NCBI GenBank assembly: GCA_031285625.1
Contig: JAITVV010000093.1
Span: forward strand, 96,001-160,000
Source of the DNA: Prevotella sp.
GTDB taxonomy: Bacteria > Bacteroidota > Bacteroidia > Bacteroidales > Dysgonomonadaceae
Direction: 5' to 3'
Length of the DNA stretch: 64,000 nt
Shown: piece by piece, positions 20,534-29,522 of the stretch
How positions within the stretch are numbered: position 1 is the first letter of the stretch
How the letters are laid out: the number at the start of each line of letters is the position of its first letter
Notes under the pieces: generated by a model
The model's database searches: none
Told to the model about the DNA's origin: nothing
Seen by the model: only the letters and a program-made list of their open reading frames with translations
Made by a program: the position numbers and the translations under genes

Positions 20534-20567
20534 ACAAAGCCCCTGAAAATCAATCAAGAGGCTTTGT
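20534..20567 (-). terminator. possible terminator/attenuator between the PEPCK-like gene and GH3
   Basis: ACAAAGCC...GGCTTTGT inverted repeat. Confidence 0.45.
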
Positions 20568-20581
20568 AAATATATAATTTA

Positions 20582-22315
20582 TTATTCATTAATCAAAGAG
20601 AAAAGCTCCTCAGCTGCCTCTCTCGGACCATCTTTTGATTTACCATCGATGGCTAGTGAAGTATGCATTTCACCGATCTGTATTCCGGCATTTTTCATGT
20701 CTTTGAAATATGAACGAACAAGTTTTTCAGTTTCTGTTCTTTCCTGTACTGGTCCAAAAGGATTTGCAAAATAAGATTTCACTAAACCTTTTTCAGTAGT
20801 AGTTCCTTTTGCCTTACGTGCCCCATCTTCAAAAACAGTAATTGCTTTATCCAAATCATCATAAATAAGGATTTTCTTATCAGCTTCATTATAGTTATTT
20901 GCATAAAGGAAGTAATCAATCGGATATCCTCTGGAAATAATCTCGTATGTAGAAATTGGAATTGTCACACGTGCATTTACTTTATCCATATTTGTATATA
21001 CGCCCCTGTCAAGCTGTGCAAATGCATAGGCAGGATCAAGGTCATCTACACGAACAAAAGCACCAATCTCAGTACCATAAGCTTTGATAGTACCATCATC
21101 TTCTTTCTTCAGGTATCCCATATCGTCGAAGATCACACGCATATGACGAATATAATTTTCATTTAATGTACGGAATGCTTCAAGACTCTCCGATTTTCCG
21201 GCTCCACTATCTCCAACGATTATGATATTCGATTCTTTACCATTACGAAGCACAATATTTACCATTGCACCATGGATAGGTAGCCGCTTATTTTCTATTT
21301 GCTTCACATTATGTAATGTAAGAAGCATTTTCTTCATATAACCAAAATAGTCTATATCATCACAATAGTTTGCATATCCGATAAGGATATCATTTTTCTT
21401 GTCTTTATAATAGAACGTACGTTTTTCTTCATGTCCGTCAGGATATCCGAATACATAAATCATATCCGGCTTTTTACCTATATATTCTGTTTCGGTAGCT
21501 AATTCGAACAAATTAGATAATCCGACACCGTGTACCATAAAATCTTTATGGAAATACACAAAAGTAAGCAGATTACCTACTTTTACCGGAAATACAAACC
21601 AATCATCTTCATTCAGAACGATATTTTTAATTGGGTTCTGAGGACTTTCCTGAAAAATTCCATCACGGGTGTTTCTTTTTGTATATGAGATATATGGCGG
21701 ATGGAAAACAACTGTGCTAATAAATGGTATAGGAGTTAGACCTTTATATTCTACCGGACAGTTCCAGTTTACATCGTTGAGCGTAAGGCCGGCATTTGCT
21801 CCTGCTGTTGATTGGCGGAATATGCGTGACTCACGGCCATTTACAGTAGCCTGTATTCTACGACCTGTAGATAATATGAGGTCATTAAACATATCATTAG
21901 CCTGGATGAATCGTACATTTTGCAGTCCTTCACCCAAACGATTATTCCTTACAATAGTATAACGTTCTAATCTTTTCCAATATGCAAAAAGTAACTCAGT
22001 AACTTCAATAAATAAATCTTTATCCTCAAAGAATTTTGAGTATTTATTATCAACCGCAATAACTTCATCAATATTAAATACTGTCAATAGTTTAAAAACT
22101 TCAATAAATGAATCGACAAGTTCATCTTCAGAGCCAAAGTGTTCTGTATAGAAGTCATAAATTACAACTTCATCCTTTTTAAGTACTTGTTTTATAAATG
22201 ATTCGACCACGCGTCTAAAACCGTAGCTATTGAGAAGTTTTTGCTTTGTATCACAATATTTTAACGTAAAATTGATCATCGCTCTTCCTCTCGAAAGCGT
22301 AAATTCATGTAACAT
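20582..22315 (-). CDS. atypical phosphoenolpyruvate carboxykinase-like P-loop protein
   Basis: YFGYMKK, IHGA, P-loop GDSGAGKSE and IFDD follow the PEPCK motif order; long non-canonical N-terminus. Confidence 0.72.
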   Translation of the reverse strand: MLHEFTLSRGRAMINFTLKYCDTKQKLLNSYGFRRVVESFIKQVLKKDEVVIYDFYTEHFGSEDELVDSFIEVFKLLTVFNIDEVIAVDNKYSKFFEDKDLFIEVTELLFAYWKRLERYTIVRNNRLGEGLQNVRFIQANDMFNDLILSTGRRIQATVNGRESRIFRQSTAGANAGLTLNDVNWNCPVEYKGLTPIPFISTVVFHPPYISYTKRNTRDGIFQESPQNPIKNIVLNEDDWFVFPVKVGNLLTFVYFHKDFMVHGVGLSNLFELATETEYIGKKPDMIYVFGYPDGHEEKRTFYYKDKKNDILIGYANYCDDIDYFGYMKKMLLTLHNVKQIENKRLPIHGAMVNIVLRNGKESNIIIVGDSGAGKSESLEAFRTLNENYIRHMRVIFDDMGYLKKEDDGTIKAYGTEIGAFVRVDDLDPAYAFAQLDRGVYTNMDKVNARVTIPISTYEIISRGYPIDYFLYANNYNEADKKILIYDDLDKAITVFEDGARKAKGTTTEKGLVKSYFANPFGPVQERTETEKLVRSYFKDMKNAGIQIGEMHTSLAIDGKSKDGPREAAEELFSLINE

Positions 22316-22478
22316 AATGTTTTGTATATAGTTAATTTAATATAAAAAGAGTAATTTCCTTACAATGAGTTAAGCAAAGATAAAGAAATAATTTCTGTTT
22401 ACAGTTATTTTGATAAAGTATATAACGGTGCCATATGTTAATATTTCTTGTAGAATAGCGTAATTGAATGGCTATTTC

Positions 22479-22506
22479 TAAACTAAAAACGTCCAGCTTT
22501 GTTCTA
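22479..22506 (+). promoter_or_regulatory. putative alternative-sigma promoter, copy 1
   Basis: TAAAC-N15-TTGTTCTA upstream of fbaB; the same motif recurs at 23718 and 34164. Confidence 0.5.
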
Positions 22507-22554
22507 ATAATAAACAAGGAAATTATACATAATTCAATATAAAATTAAAATATT

Positions 22555-23613
22555 ATGGCTAGTTCAAAAATTACAAAAATTTTAGGTGACCAAAGCGAAT
22601 ATTTACTTGGCCATGTGAGTAAAACTATTGATAAATCACTAATTCATGCACCTGAACCAAATGCGATTGAAAATGTATGGATAGATTCGGACAGAAATAT
22701 ACCTACATTAAATAGCTTGCAAAGATTGTTTGGTCATGGAAGATTAGCAGATACCGGATATTTGTCCATTTTGCCCGTTGATCAGGATATAGAACATACA
22801 GCCGGTGCATCTTTTGCTCCTAACCCTATCTACTTTGATTCTGAGAACATCGTTAAACTGGCTCTTGAATCAGGTTGTAGTGCTGTAGCTTCTACATATG
22901 GTGTTCTCGGCTCAGTAGCACGTAAATATGCTCACAAAATACCTTTTGTAGTTAAAATTAATCATAATGAACTTTTAACGTACCCTAATTCATATGACCA
23001 GGTTCTGTTTGGAACAATCAAGGAAGCCTGGAATATGGGAGCAGCGGCAGTCGGTGCTACAATCTACTTTGGTTCGGAAGAGAGCCGCAGGCAGATTGTA
23101 GATATTGCCAAGGCTTTTGAATATGCTCATGAGTTGGGTATGGCTACTATTCTATGGTGTTATTTAAGAAATAGCTCTTTCAAGAAAGATGGAGTGGACT
23201 ACCACAGTGCAGCTGACCTGTCATCTCAGGCAAATCACATTGGTGTAACTATTAAGGCAGATATTGTAAAGCAGAAACTTCCTACTAATAATGGAGGATT
23301 TAAAGCTATTAATTTTGGAAAATGGGATGAGCGTATGTACACCGAATTATCGAGTGATCACCCTATTGATCTATGCCGTTATCAGGTTGCAAACGGCTAT
23401 ATGGGACGTGTAGGACTTATTAATTCAGGAGGAGAATCTCATGGAGCATCAGATCTCAAAGATGCGGTTTACACTGCAGTTGTAAACAAACGTGCCGGAG
23501 GTATGGGATTGATTTGTGGACGTAAAGCATTCCAACGATCAATGAAAGAAGGTGTTGAATTGATTAACACAATACAGGATGTATATTTGGATAAGGATAT
23601 AACTTTAGCGTGA
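22555..23613 (+). CDS. fbaB: class I fructose-bisphosphate aldolase (DhnA/FbaB type)
   Basis: [18 protein letters not shown], Schiff-base ADIVKQK, GRKAFQ. Confidence 0.95.
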   Translation: MASSKITKILGDQSEYLLGHVSKTIDKSLIHAPEPNAIENVWIDSDRNIPTLNSLQRLFGHGRLADTGYLSILPVDQDIEHTAGASFAPNPIYFDSENIVKLALESGCSAVASTYGVLGSVARKYAHKIPFVVKINHNELLTYPNSYDQVLFGTIKEAWNMGAAAVGATIYFGSEESRRQIVDIAKAFEYAHELGMATILWCYLRNSSFKKDGVDYHSAADLSSQANHIGVTIKADIVKQKLPTNNGGFKAINFGKWDERMYTELSSDHPIDLCRYQVANGYMGRVGLINSGGESHGASDLKDAVYTAVVNKRAGGMGLICGRKAFQRSMKEGVELINTIQDVYLDKDITLA

Positions 23614-23645
23614 GCTTAAAGTCTAGTGTTTTTATTATAGTTGCT

Positions 23646-23682
23646 GAAGGGCCCTTGTGCAAATGCGCGGGGCTTCTTTATT
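23646..23682 (+). terminator. intrinsic terminator
   Basis: GC-rich hairpin GAAGGGCCCTTGTGC-AAAT-GCGCGGGGCTTC followed by TTTATT. Confidence 0.6.
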
Positions 23683-23717
23683 TAAAAGCTCTGATACAAG
23701 TATTTTTAAAGGAAGAA

Positions 23718-23746
23718 TAAACCAGATAGTAAATCTAGTTGTTCTA
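23718..23746 (+). promoter_or_regulatory. putative alternative-sigma promoter, copy 2
   Basis: TAAAC-N16-TTGTTCTA upstream of the antiporter. Confidence 0.55.
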
Positions 23747-23803
23747 TTGTTATTTTTATTCATTTTATTTACAGATAGCAATAATAAAGCAATTTAAATC
23801 TAT

Positions 23804-25144
23804 ATGGAATATTACTATGTGATTATATTTCTTCTCTTTATAGCCATTGCAATGTCTGCAATAGCTCCTAAAATAAAGGTCCCATATCCGGTATTACTAA
23901 TGGCTGTGGGAATTATAGTAGGATTTGTGCCGGGTTTCCATTATGTACCTATTGATCCGGATGTCGTATTTTTACTTTTTCTACCTCCCCTACTCTATGA
24001 TGCTGCTGTAAATATAAATTTTCATGATTTTAAAGTAAATATCCGTACTATTTCAATGATGGCAATAACTTTGGTATTTATAACCATGCTTGTAATTGCT
24101 ATAGTTGTAAGATTCCTTATCCCTGATATTTCCTGGCCTATGGCTTTTGTTATAGGGGCTATTTTATCACCACCAGATGCAGTTGCAGCCTCAGGTATTA
24201 CGAAAAGTCTGAATTTGTCTCATCGGACCAATACAATATTAGAAGGTGAAAGCCTCATAAATGATGCGTCTGCTCTTACAGCCTACCGTGTAGCTTTAGG
24301 GGTTGTTACTGGTGGCGCTTTTATATTCTGGGAAGCAGGGCTCGAATTTATTATAACCCTAGTTGGAGGTTGTCTGGTCGGTTTCTTTATGGCTTTTGTT
24401 TTTGGATATACGCTGAAGAAAGTTAATCTGGATAGTACAGCTATCGTAAGCTATAATTTATTGCTTCCGTTTGTAGCATACCAATTTGCAGAAGAATTGC
24501 ATGTATCCGGTGTTTTAGCAGTAGTTACTATGGGAATACTGATAGCCGGAAGGGTACATAAAGATAAAATATTTTCGGATATCACCAGAGTGCAGTCCAG
24601 ATCTGTTTGGTCTACAATTATATATTTATTTAGTGGATTGATATTTATTCTGATAGGATTAGAATTTCTCCAGGTATTAAGGGAGATACCATCCGATTCT
24701 ATCGTTCCCCTTATAATAAGTGCGATTGCTATTTTTTTGATGGCAATGATCATACGTATAATCATTGTTTTCAGACATAAGTTTAAGATGGATAAAGTAA
24801 TCACTGTGATAAATAGTGACGAATATAAAAAGAAACATAAAATCTCCGTAAGGCATAACAATTTAGCGAAAGAAATGGAGCCTCTCAGTTGGAAAGAGGC
24901 TCTAATTATAGGTTGGTCTGGTATGCGTGGAATCGTTTCTGTAGCTACCGCCATTGCATTACCTGTAACTTTATCAAGCGGAGAGGTATTTCATCAACGT
25001 AATAGTATTATTTTCCTCACAGTTTTGGTAGTCATTCTGATGCTACTCATACAGGGAATGGGGCTGCCAATACTTATCAAACTACTAAAGATGGATACTA
25101 TTGTGGAAAAAACTGCTATAGAGGAAGACGAGAAAATAGTATAG
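23804..25144 (+). CDS. CPA1 family Na+/H+ antiporter
   Basis: FLPPLLY, LSPPDAVA, EGESLINDA, GMRGIVS. Confidence 0.93.
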   Translation: MEYYYVIIFLLFIAIAMSAIAPKIKVPYPVLLMAVGIIVGFVPGFHYVPIDPDVVFLLFLPPLLYDAAVNINFHDFKVNIRTISMMAITLVFITMLVIAIVVRFLIPDISWPMAFVIGAILSPPDAVAASGITKSLNLSHRTNTILEGESLINDASALTAYRVALGVVTGGAFIFWEAGLEFIITLVGGCLVGFFMAFVFGYTLKKVNLDSTAIVSYNLLLPFVAYQFAEELHVSGVLAVVTMGILIAGRVHKDKIFSDITRVQSRSVWSTIIYLFSGLIFILIGLEFLQVLREIPSDSIVPLIISAIAIFLMAMIIRIIIVFRHKFKMDKVITVINSDEYKKKHKISVRHNNLAKEMEPLSWKEALIIGWSGMRGIVSVATAIALPVTLSSGEVFHQRNSIIFLTVLVVILMLLIQGMGLPILIKLLKMDTIVEKTAIEEDEKIV

Positions 25145-25263
25145 TTAGACATAAGGTTCTATATATCTTTGTAGTAGTCAATAGGTAATTATTTGACTCC
25201 TAATTGAGAATGTCTGTAAACTCACAAATAATTTTAACAATTTATTTGTAAGTTTGCAGACAT

Positions 25264-26283
25264 ATGTCAACAGATAAAACGAAAGATTTCTTATATAAGT
25301 TATTTACAAGCCCTGATTTTAGAGTTTGGAGACATATACTCCTGATCGTTATATTCACCTTTATTGCTATAGGCCAGTCATTGATCGTATTTGGTGAACA
25401 CATATCTTCTATCAGCAGTAATACTCTTTATTTTTTTGGAGCAATCAATGTCATAGGACTGTCTGCTCTGGTATACTTCAACTTAATTATTCTTACTCGT
25501 CACATACTATTAAAGCGCAAGTATGTAGAGTATTTTCTTTGTCTGTTTGTTATTATTTCAGTATACCTGTTTATCAAAGGTACAATAGAAATACAGATAT
25601 TTACTGGAATTGGCATAGATAGAAAATTTAATGGTATCATGTTATTGGATACCATTTCAAATTTAATGATTTATGCGATTTGTATTGCCAGTAGTTCGGT
25701 ATCGGTACTCTTTGGGCAATGGGCGACCGATACACAACAAATAACCGATCTGCAAAACAGACAACTGAAAAGTAGCGTAGAGAAATTAAAGAATCAGATC
25801 AACCCCAAATTTCTAACAGACACACTCGACTATGTCATAGATAAAATAAAGACCGATACGAAGGAAGTACCAATTATATTACTCAGGTTGAGTAAAATTT
25901 TAAGGTATGGATTATACGACTGCATGCGGGAAAAGGTTTTGCTAAAATCCGACATTGAACACATAAATAACTATCTGTCATTGGATCGGCTTAGTACTAA
26001 AAACAAATACACATATAGCATAAATGTCACAGGAAATGCAGACATATTTATCGCCCCGTTCCTCTTTATGCCTGTATTACAGCGAATTTTTGAAAAACAT
26101 CCTACGGACGTGCAGTTAAAATTCGATATTATTGATACAACAATTGCTTTCGAATGTAAAGTACAGGGAACCGATCTTACGAGCTGTGATTTCACAGAAG
26201 AAGAGCAAAGGTTGGAGATGTTTTACAAAAAGGAGTGCAGCAGAAACAGAGATGTTGTAAAATATTGCCTAGAAAGATGCTGA
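25264..26283 (+). CDS. LytS-like membrane sensor, degenerate kinase
   Basis: 4 TM; H-box reads QINPKFL (no His); N and G boxes absent; TAAGTTTG -7 element at 25249-25256. Confidence 0.75.
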   Translation: MSTDKTKDFLYKLFTSPDFRVWRHILLIVIFTFIAIGQSLIVFGEHISSISSNTLYFFGAINVIGLSALVYFNLIILTRHILLKRKYVEYFLCLFVIISVYLFIKGTIEIQIFTGIGIDRKFNGIMLLDTISNLMIYAICIASSSVSVLFGQWATDTQQITDLQNRQLKSSVEKLKNQINPKFLTDTLDYVIDKIKTDTKEVPIILLRLSKILRYGLYDCMREKVLLKSDIEHINNYLSLDRLSTKNKYTYSINVTGNADIFIAPFLFMPVLQRIFEKHPTDVQLKFDIIDTTIAFECKVQGTDLTSCDFTEEEQRLEMFYKKECSRNRDVVKYCLERC

Positions 26284-27302
26284 AAAAGATAAATGACATA
26301 TTCCCTGATTTTTTGCTGAAACCTAAATATAAGTTTTACAGGCATTTGGTATTACAAATCGTAATACTTACAACCACTATCAATATATTTTGGGATGAGC
26401 CGGATAAGGTTGTACAAGGCAGATTCTTGGCTTGGTTAATTTACAGCTTACAAGTAAATTTTATCATATACCTGAACATGTATTTACTCGTCCCGAAACT
26501 GCTGATTAAAGGCAAAACCTTGTACTACCTTCTGTCACTCTTTCTACTTGTTTTCGGGTTTAATACGCTTTTTTCGGTTGGAGCTTTGCAGGATATATCT
26601 TCTGAAAATCAGTTTGTCATAGTATTGCTAGAATCGTTTTCGGCTCTTGTTGCATTTTTTGTCTTTTATATTGGAATGACCTCCATACAGCTATTTAAAT
26701 ACCATATCCAAAACAACCAGAAAATAAGCGAACTAAAAAATGCAACAACAACTATCGAACTGGCTAACCTACAGAATCAGATCAATCCGCATTTTCTTTT
26801 CAATACCCTTAATAATGCCAATATCTTAGCAGACGATGCCGAAAAGTCTACCTATATACTTCAAACACTTAATGATTTGCTACGTTATCAAACCCAGGGA
26901 GAAGCCAATGGAGAAGTAAGATTATCTGATGACATAACCTTTCTGAACGACTATCTCAGCCTTGAAAAGACCCGTCGCGACAGGTTTGAGTATACGATCA
27001 GCACTGAAGGCGATTGTAATGTTAATATTCCTCCGTTGCTATTTATTCCCTTTATTGAGAATGCCATAAAACATAATCCCGAAAGCGATTCATTTATTCA
27101 TATTTTTTTTCAAAGAAAACGAGAGAAACTCTATTTTAGGTGCGAAAACTCTAAAGCTAAATTAGTTCAGGAAAAAAAAGAGGGCGGAATCGGATTGAAA
27201 AATATAAAAAAACGATTACAATTGCTGTTTGGAAAAGATTACACATTAAATCTACACAACGGAAAAGATACATATACCGTAACATTGGAATTTAAGATAT
27301 GA
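26277..27302 (+). CDS. LytS-like sensor histidine kinase
   Basis: QINPHFLFNTLN, IENAIKH, GGIGLKN. ATG at 26277 overlaps the upstream gene end and is preferred over the track start at 26235. Confidence 0.92.
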   Translation: MLKKINDIFPDFLLKPKYKFYRHLVLQIVILTTTINIFWDEPDKVVQGRFLAWLIYSLQVNFIIYLNMYLLVPKLLIKGKTLYYLLSLFLLVFGFNTLFSVGALQDISSENQFVIVLLESFSALVAFFVFYIGMTSIQLFKYHIQNNQKISELKNATTTIELANLQNQINPHFLFNTLNNANILADDAEKSTYILQTLNDLLRYQTQGEANGEVRLSDDITFLNDYLSLEKTRRDRFEYTISTEGDCNVNIPPLLFIPFIENAIKHNPESDSFIHIFFQRKREKLYFRCENSKAKLVQEKKEGGIGLKNIKKRLQLLFGKDYTLNLHNGKDTYTVTLEFKI

Positions 27303-28012
27303 GATGCATTATAGTTGATGATGAACCTATTGCCCGTCAAGGAATCAAAAAAATGGTAGATAGCATAAGCCGGCTAAAACTGTTAGGAACTTTTGAAAAT
27401 GCCCGGACTGCCGGTGGGTTTATGAAAGATAATTTAGTTGACCTGATTTTTTTAGATATAAAAATGCCGGGTATTAATGGTATCGACTTTGCACGGAGCA
27501 TTCACAAAAACACGTTGATAATATTTACCACTGCCTATTCTGAATATGCACTCGACAGTTACGAGGTAGATGCGGTTGATTATCTTGTAAAACCAATTGA
27601 TACAGCCAAGTTCCGCAAAGCTGTAGAGAAAGCGGTGGCCTATCACTCCCTACTGTTGGATGGAGATAAGAAAAGTGTTGAAAATGTCGAAAACGAACGC
27701 ATCTTTGTTAAGTCTGACAGGCGTTTTTTTAAGGTAAATCTGAAAGATATTCTATTTATCGAAGGACTAAAAGATTACGTCATCATCCAATTGGAAGACC
27801 AACGCATCATTACACGCATGAGCGTGAAGAATATACACGACCTTCTACCCAAAGTTACTTTTCTAAGAATAAACAGGTCGTATATAGTGAATAAGAATCA
27901 GATAGACTCGTTCAATAACAATGATGTGTTTATCAAGAAGTATGAGATAGCGATAGGAAATTATTATCGGGATGCTTTTTTTGAGGAACTTATGAATAAT
28001 AAGTCGCTGTAA
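27299..28012 (+). CDS. LytTR family response regulator
   Basis: Receiver (VDDE, FLDIKMP, KP) plus LytTR domain (FLRINRSYIVN). Confidence 0.95.
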   Translation: MRCIIVDDEPIARQGIKKMVDSISRLKLLGTFENARTAGGFMKDNLVDLIFLDIKMPGINGIDFARSIHKNTLIIFTTAYSEYALDSYEVDAVDYLVKPIDTAKFRKAVEKAVAYHSLLLDGDKKSVENVENERIFVKSDRRFFKVNLKDILFIEGLKDYVIIQLEDQRIITRMSVKNIHDLLPKVTFLRINRSYIVNKNQIDSFNNNDVFIKKYEIAIGNYYRDAFFEELMNNKSL

Positions 28013-28072
28013 ATAGAAATTACAGTTATCCATCGTTATCTTTTTCTAGAAACGATAAATGTTATGTCACAT

Positions 28073-28140
28073 ATGACTAGTTTTTATACTAAAATGACTT
28101 GAAATTACACTCTTTTATCAGACTGAATGGTCTATTTTTG
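28073..28140 (+). promoter_or_regulatory. candidate LytTR direct repeats and -7 element
   Basis: ATGACT at 28073 and 28094 (21-bp period); TATTTTTG at 28133-28140. Confidence 0.45.
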
Positions 28141-28179
28141 CAATCTCGGAAACTAACTATTAATGCCTGTGACACTATC

Positions 28180-29385
28180 ATGAATCAAACATTAAACTTG
28201 ACCCCCAAGAAACGTATCAACTCTATTGACGCTCTCCGGGGGGGTGCATTATTTGGTATTCTAATGTTTCACTGCATGGAACATTTCGATCTAATGCTTA
28301 TTCCGGAATTGACTTCACCTTTTTGGCAAAATGTGGATAATAAAGTATATGAAATTATAGCTTTCCTATTTGCAGGTAAGGCCTATGCTATTTTCTCGTT
28401 GCTTTTCGGCCTTAGTTTCTTTATGCAAATGGATTCACAAGCAGATAAAGGAGTTGATTTCCGTCTGCGATTTTTATGGCGGCTGACAATATTGCTAGTA
28501 TTGGGTTATCTCAATGGAATCATATATATGGGTGAATTCTTCGTAGTATATGCAATCCTTGGAGTCTTTCTTATTCCTCTCTTTAAGGTACCCACTAAAT
28601 GGTTAGTTGCTTTGGGTATACTATTATTTCTTCAGATTCCTGATATTATCAGCTTTATTTCATTATTGAGTGGTAATGAACCAAATGAACCAAGTAGTGC
28701 TGTTATATTTATGGATCAGTTATATAAAGAATGTGCCAATATCTTCATACATGGTTCATTAACCGATGTTCTCGAATTTAACTTATGGAAAGGGCAGGCA
28801 GCTAAATTACTGTGGGTATTCAATAATGCTCGCTATCCACAGCTTATTGGCTTATTCATAACAGGCATGCTCATAGGACGTTATGGTATCCACAAAAGCG
28901 AGGAGAAGATGGTAAGGTACAGCCGCAAAGCTCTTCCTTTTAGTATTCTGGTTTTCGTTGTATTTTATACTGTAGTATCATTGCTTCCATATTTGGGAAT
29001 AGATGGTTTTGCTTTACAGGTAGGTACAACATTATTCAAATCATATGCCAATCTGGGTATGATGATGATGTACATATGTTGCTTTATACTAATATATTAT
29101 AATACAAGCTTCAAAAAAGGATTAGACTATATAGCTCCGGTTGGACGTATGAGTGTAACCAATTACATGATGCAGTCTCTTATTGGAGTAACATTATTTT
29201 ATGGATTTGGAGCTAATCTTGCAGTACAATTGAGCTTCGTGCAATGTCTGCTATTAGGTTTAGTTATCTATACTGTGCAGATCATCTATAGTAACTGGTG
29301 GATGAAGCGTCATTATTATGGACCTGTAGAGTGGGTATGGCGGGTACTCACATGGTTAAAGCCTATTCCCCTTCGTAGAAAATAG
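28180..29385 (+). CDS. DUF418 (YeiB-like) membrane protein
   Basis: RINSIDALRG, FSLLFG, GRMSVTNY, GPVEWVWR. ATG at 28180 preferred. Confidence 0.88.
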   Translation: MNQTLNLTPKKRINSIDALRGGALFGILMFHCMEHFDLMLIPELTSPFWQNVDNKVYEIIAFLFAGKAYAIFSLLFGLSFFMQMDSQADKGVDFRLRFLWRLTILLVLGYLNGIIYMGEFFVVYAILGVFLIPLFKVPTKWLVALGILLFLQIPDIISFISLLSGNEPNEPSSAVIFMDQLYKECANIFIHGSLTDVLEFNLWKGQAAKLLWVFNNARYPQLIGLFITGMLIGRYGIHKSEEKMVRYSRKALPFSILVFVVFYTVVSLLPYLGIDGFALQVGTTLFKSYANLGMMMMYICCFILIYYNTSFKKGLDYIAPVGRMSVTNYMMQSLIGVTLFYGFGANLAVQLSFVQCLLLGLVIYTVQIIYSNWWMKRHYYGPVEWVWRVLTWLKPIPLRRK

Positions 29386-29408
29386 AAGAAAGCTTTTAAT
29401 AAAAAGTG

Positions 29409-29422
29409 TGCAATCGTTTGCA
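29409..29422. promoter_or_regulatory. LacI-family operator (MalR-like)
   Basis: TGCAATCGTTTGCA palindrome with central CG upstream of GH13; TAGTTTTG -7 element at 29477-29484. Confidence 0.65.
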
Positions 29423-29522
29423 ATCTTTTTTAGTCAAGATAAGAATTGTAAGCAATAATGGTTCAAATAAATAGCATAGTTTTGCTGTTGATAAATCTAT
29501 ATCAATCTAATAATTTAAAACC

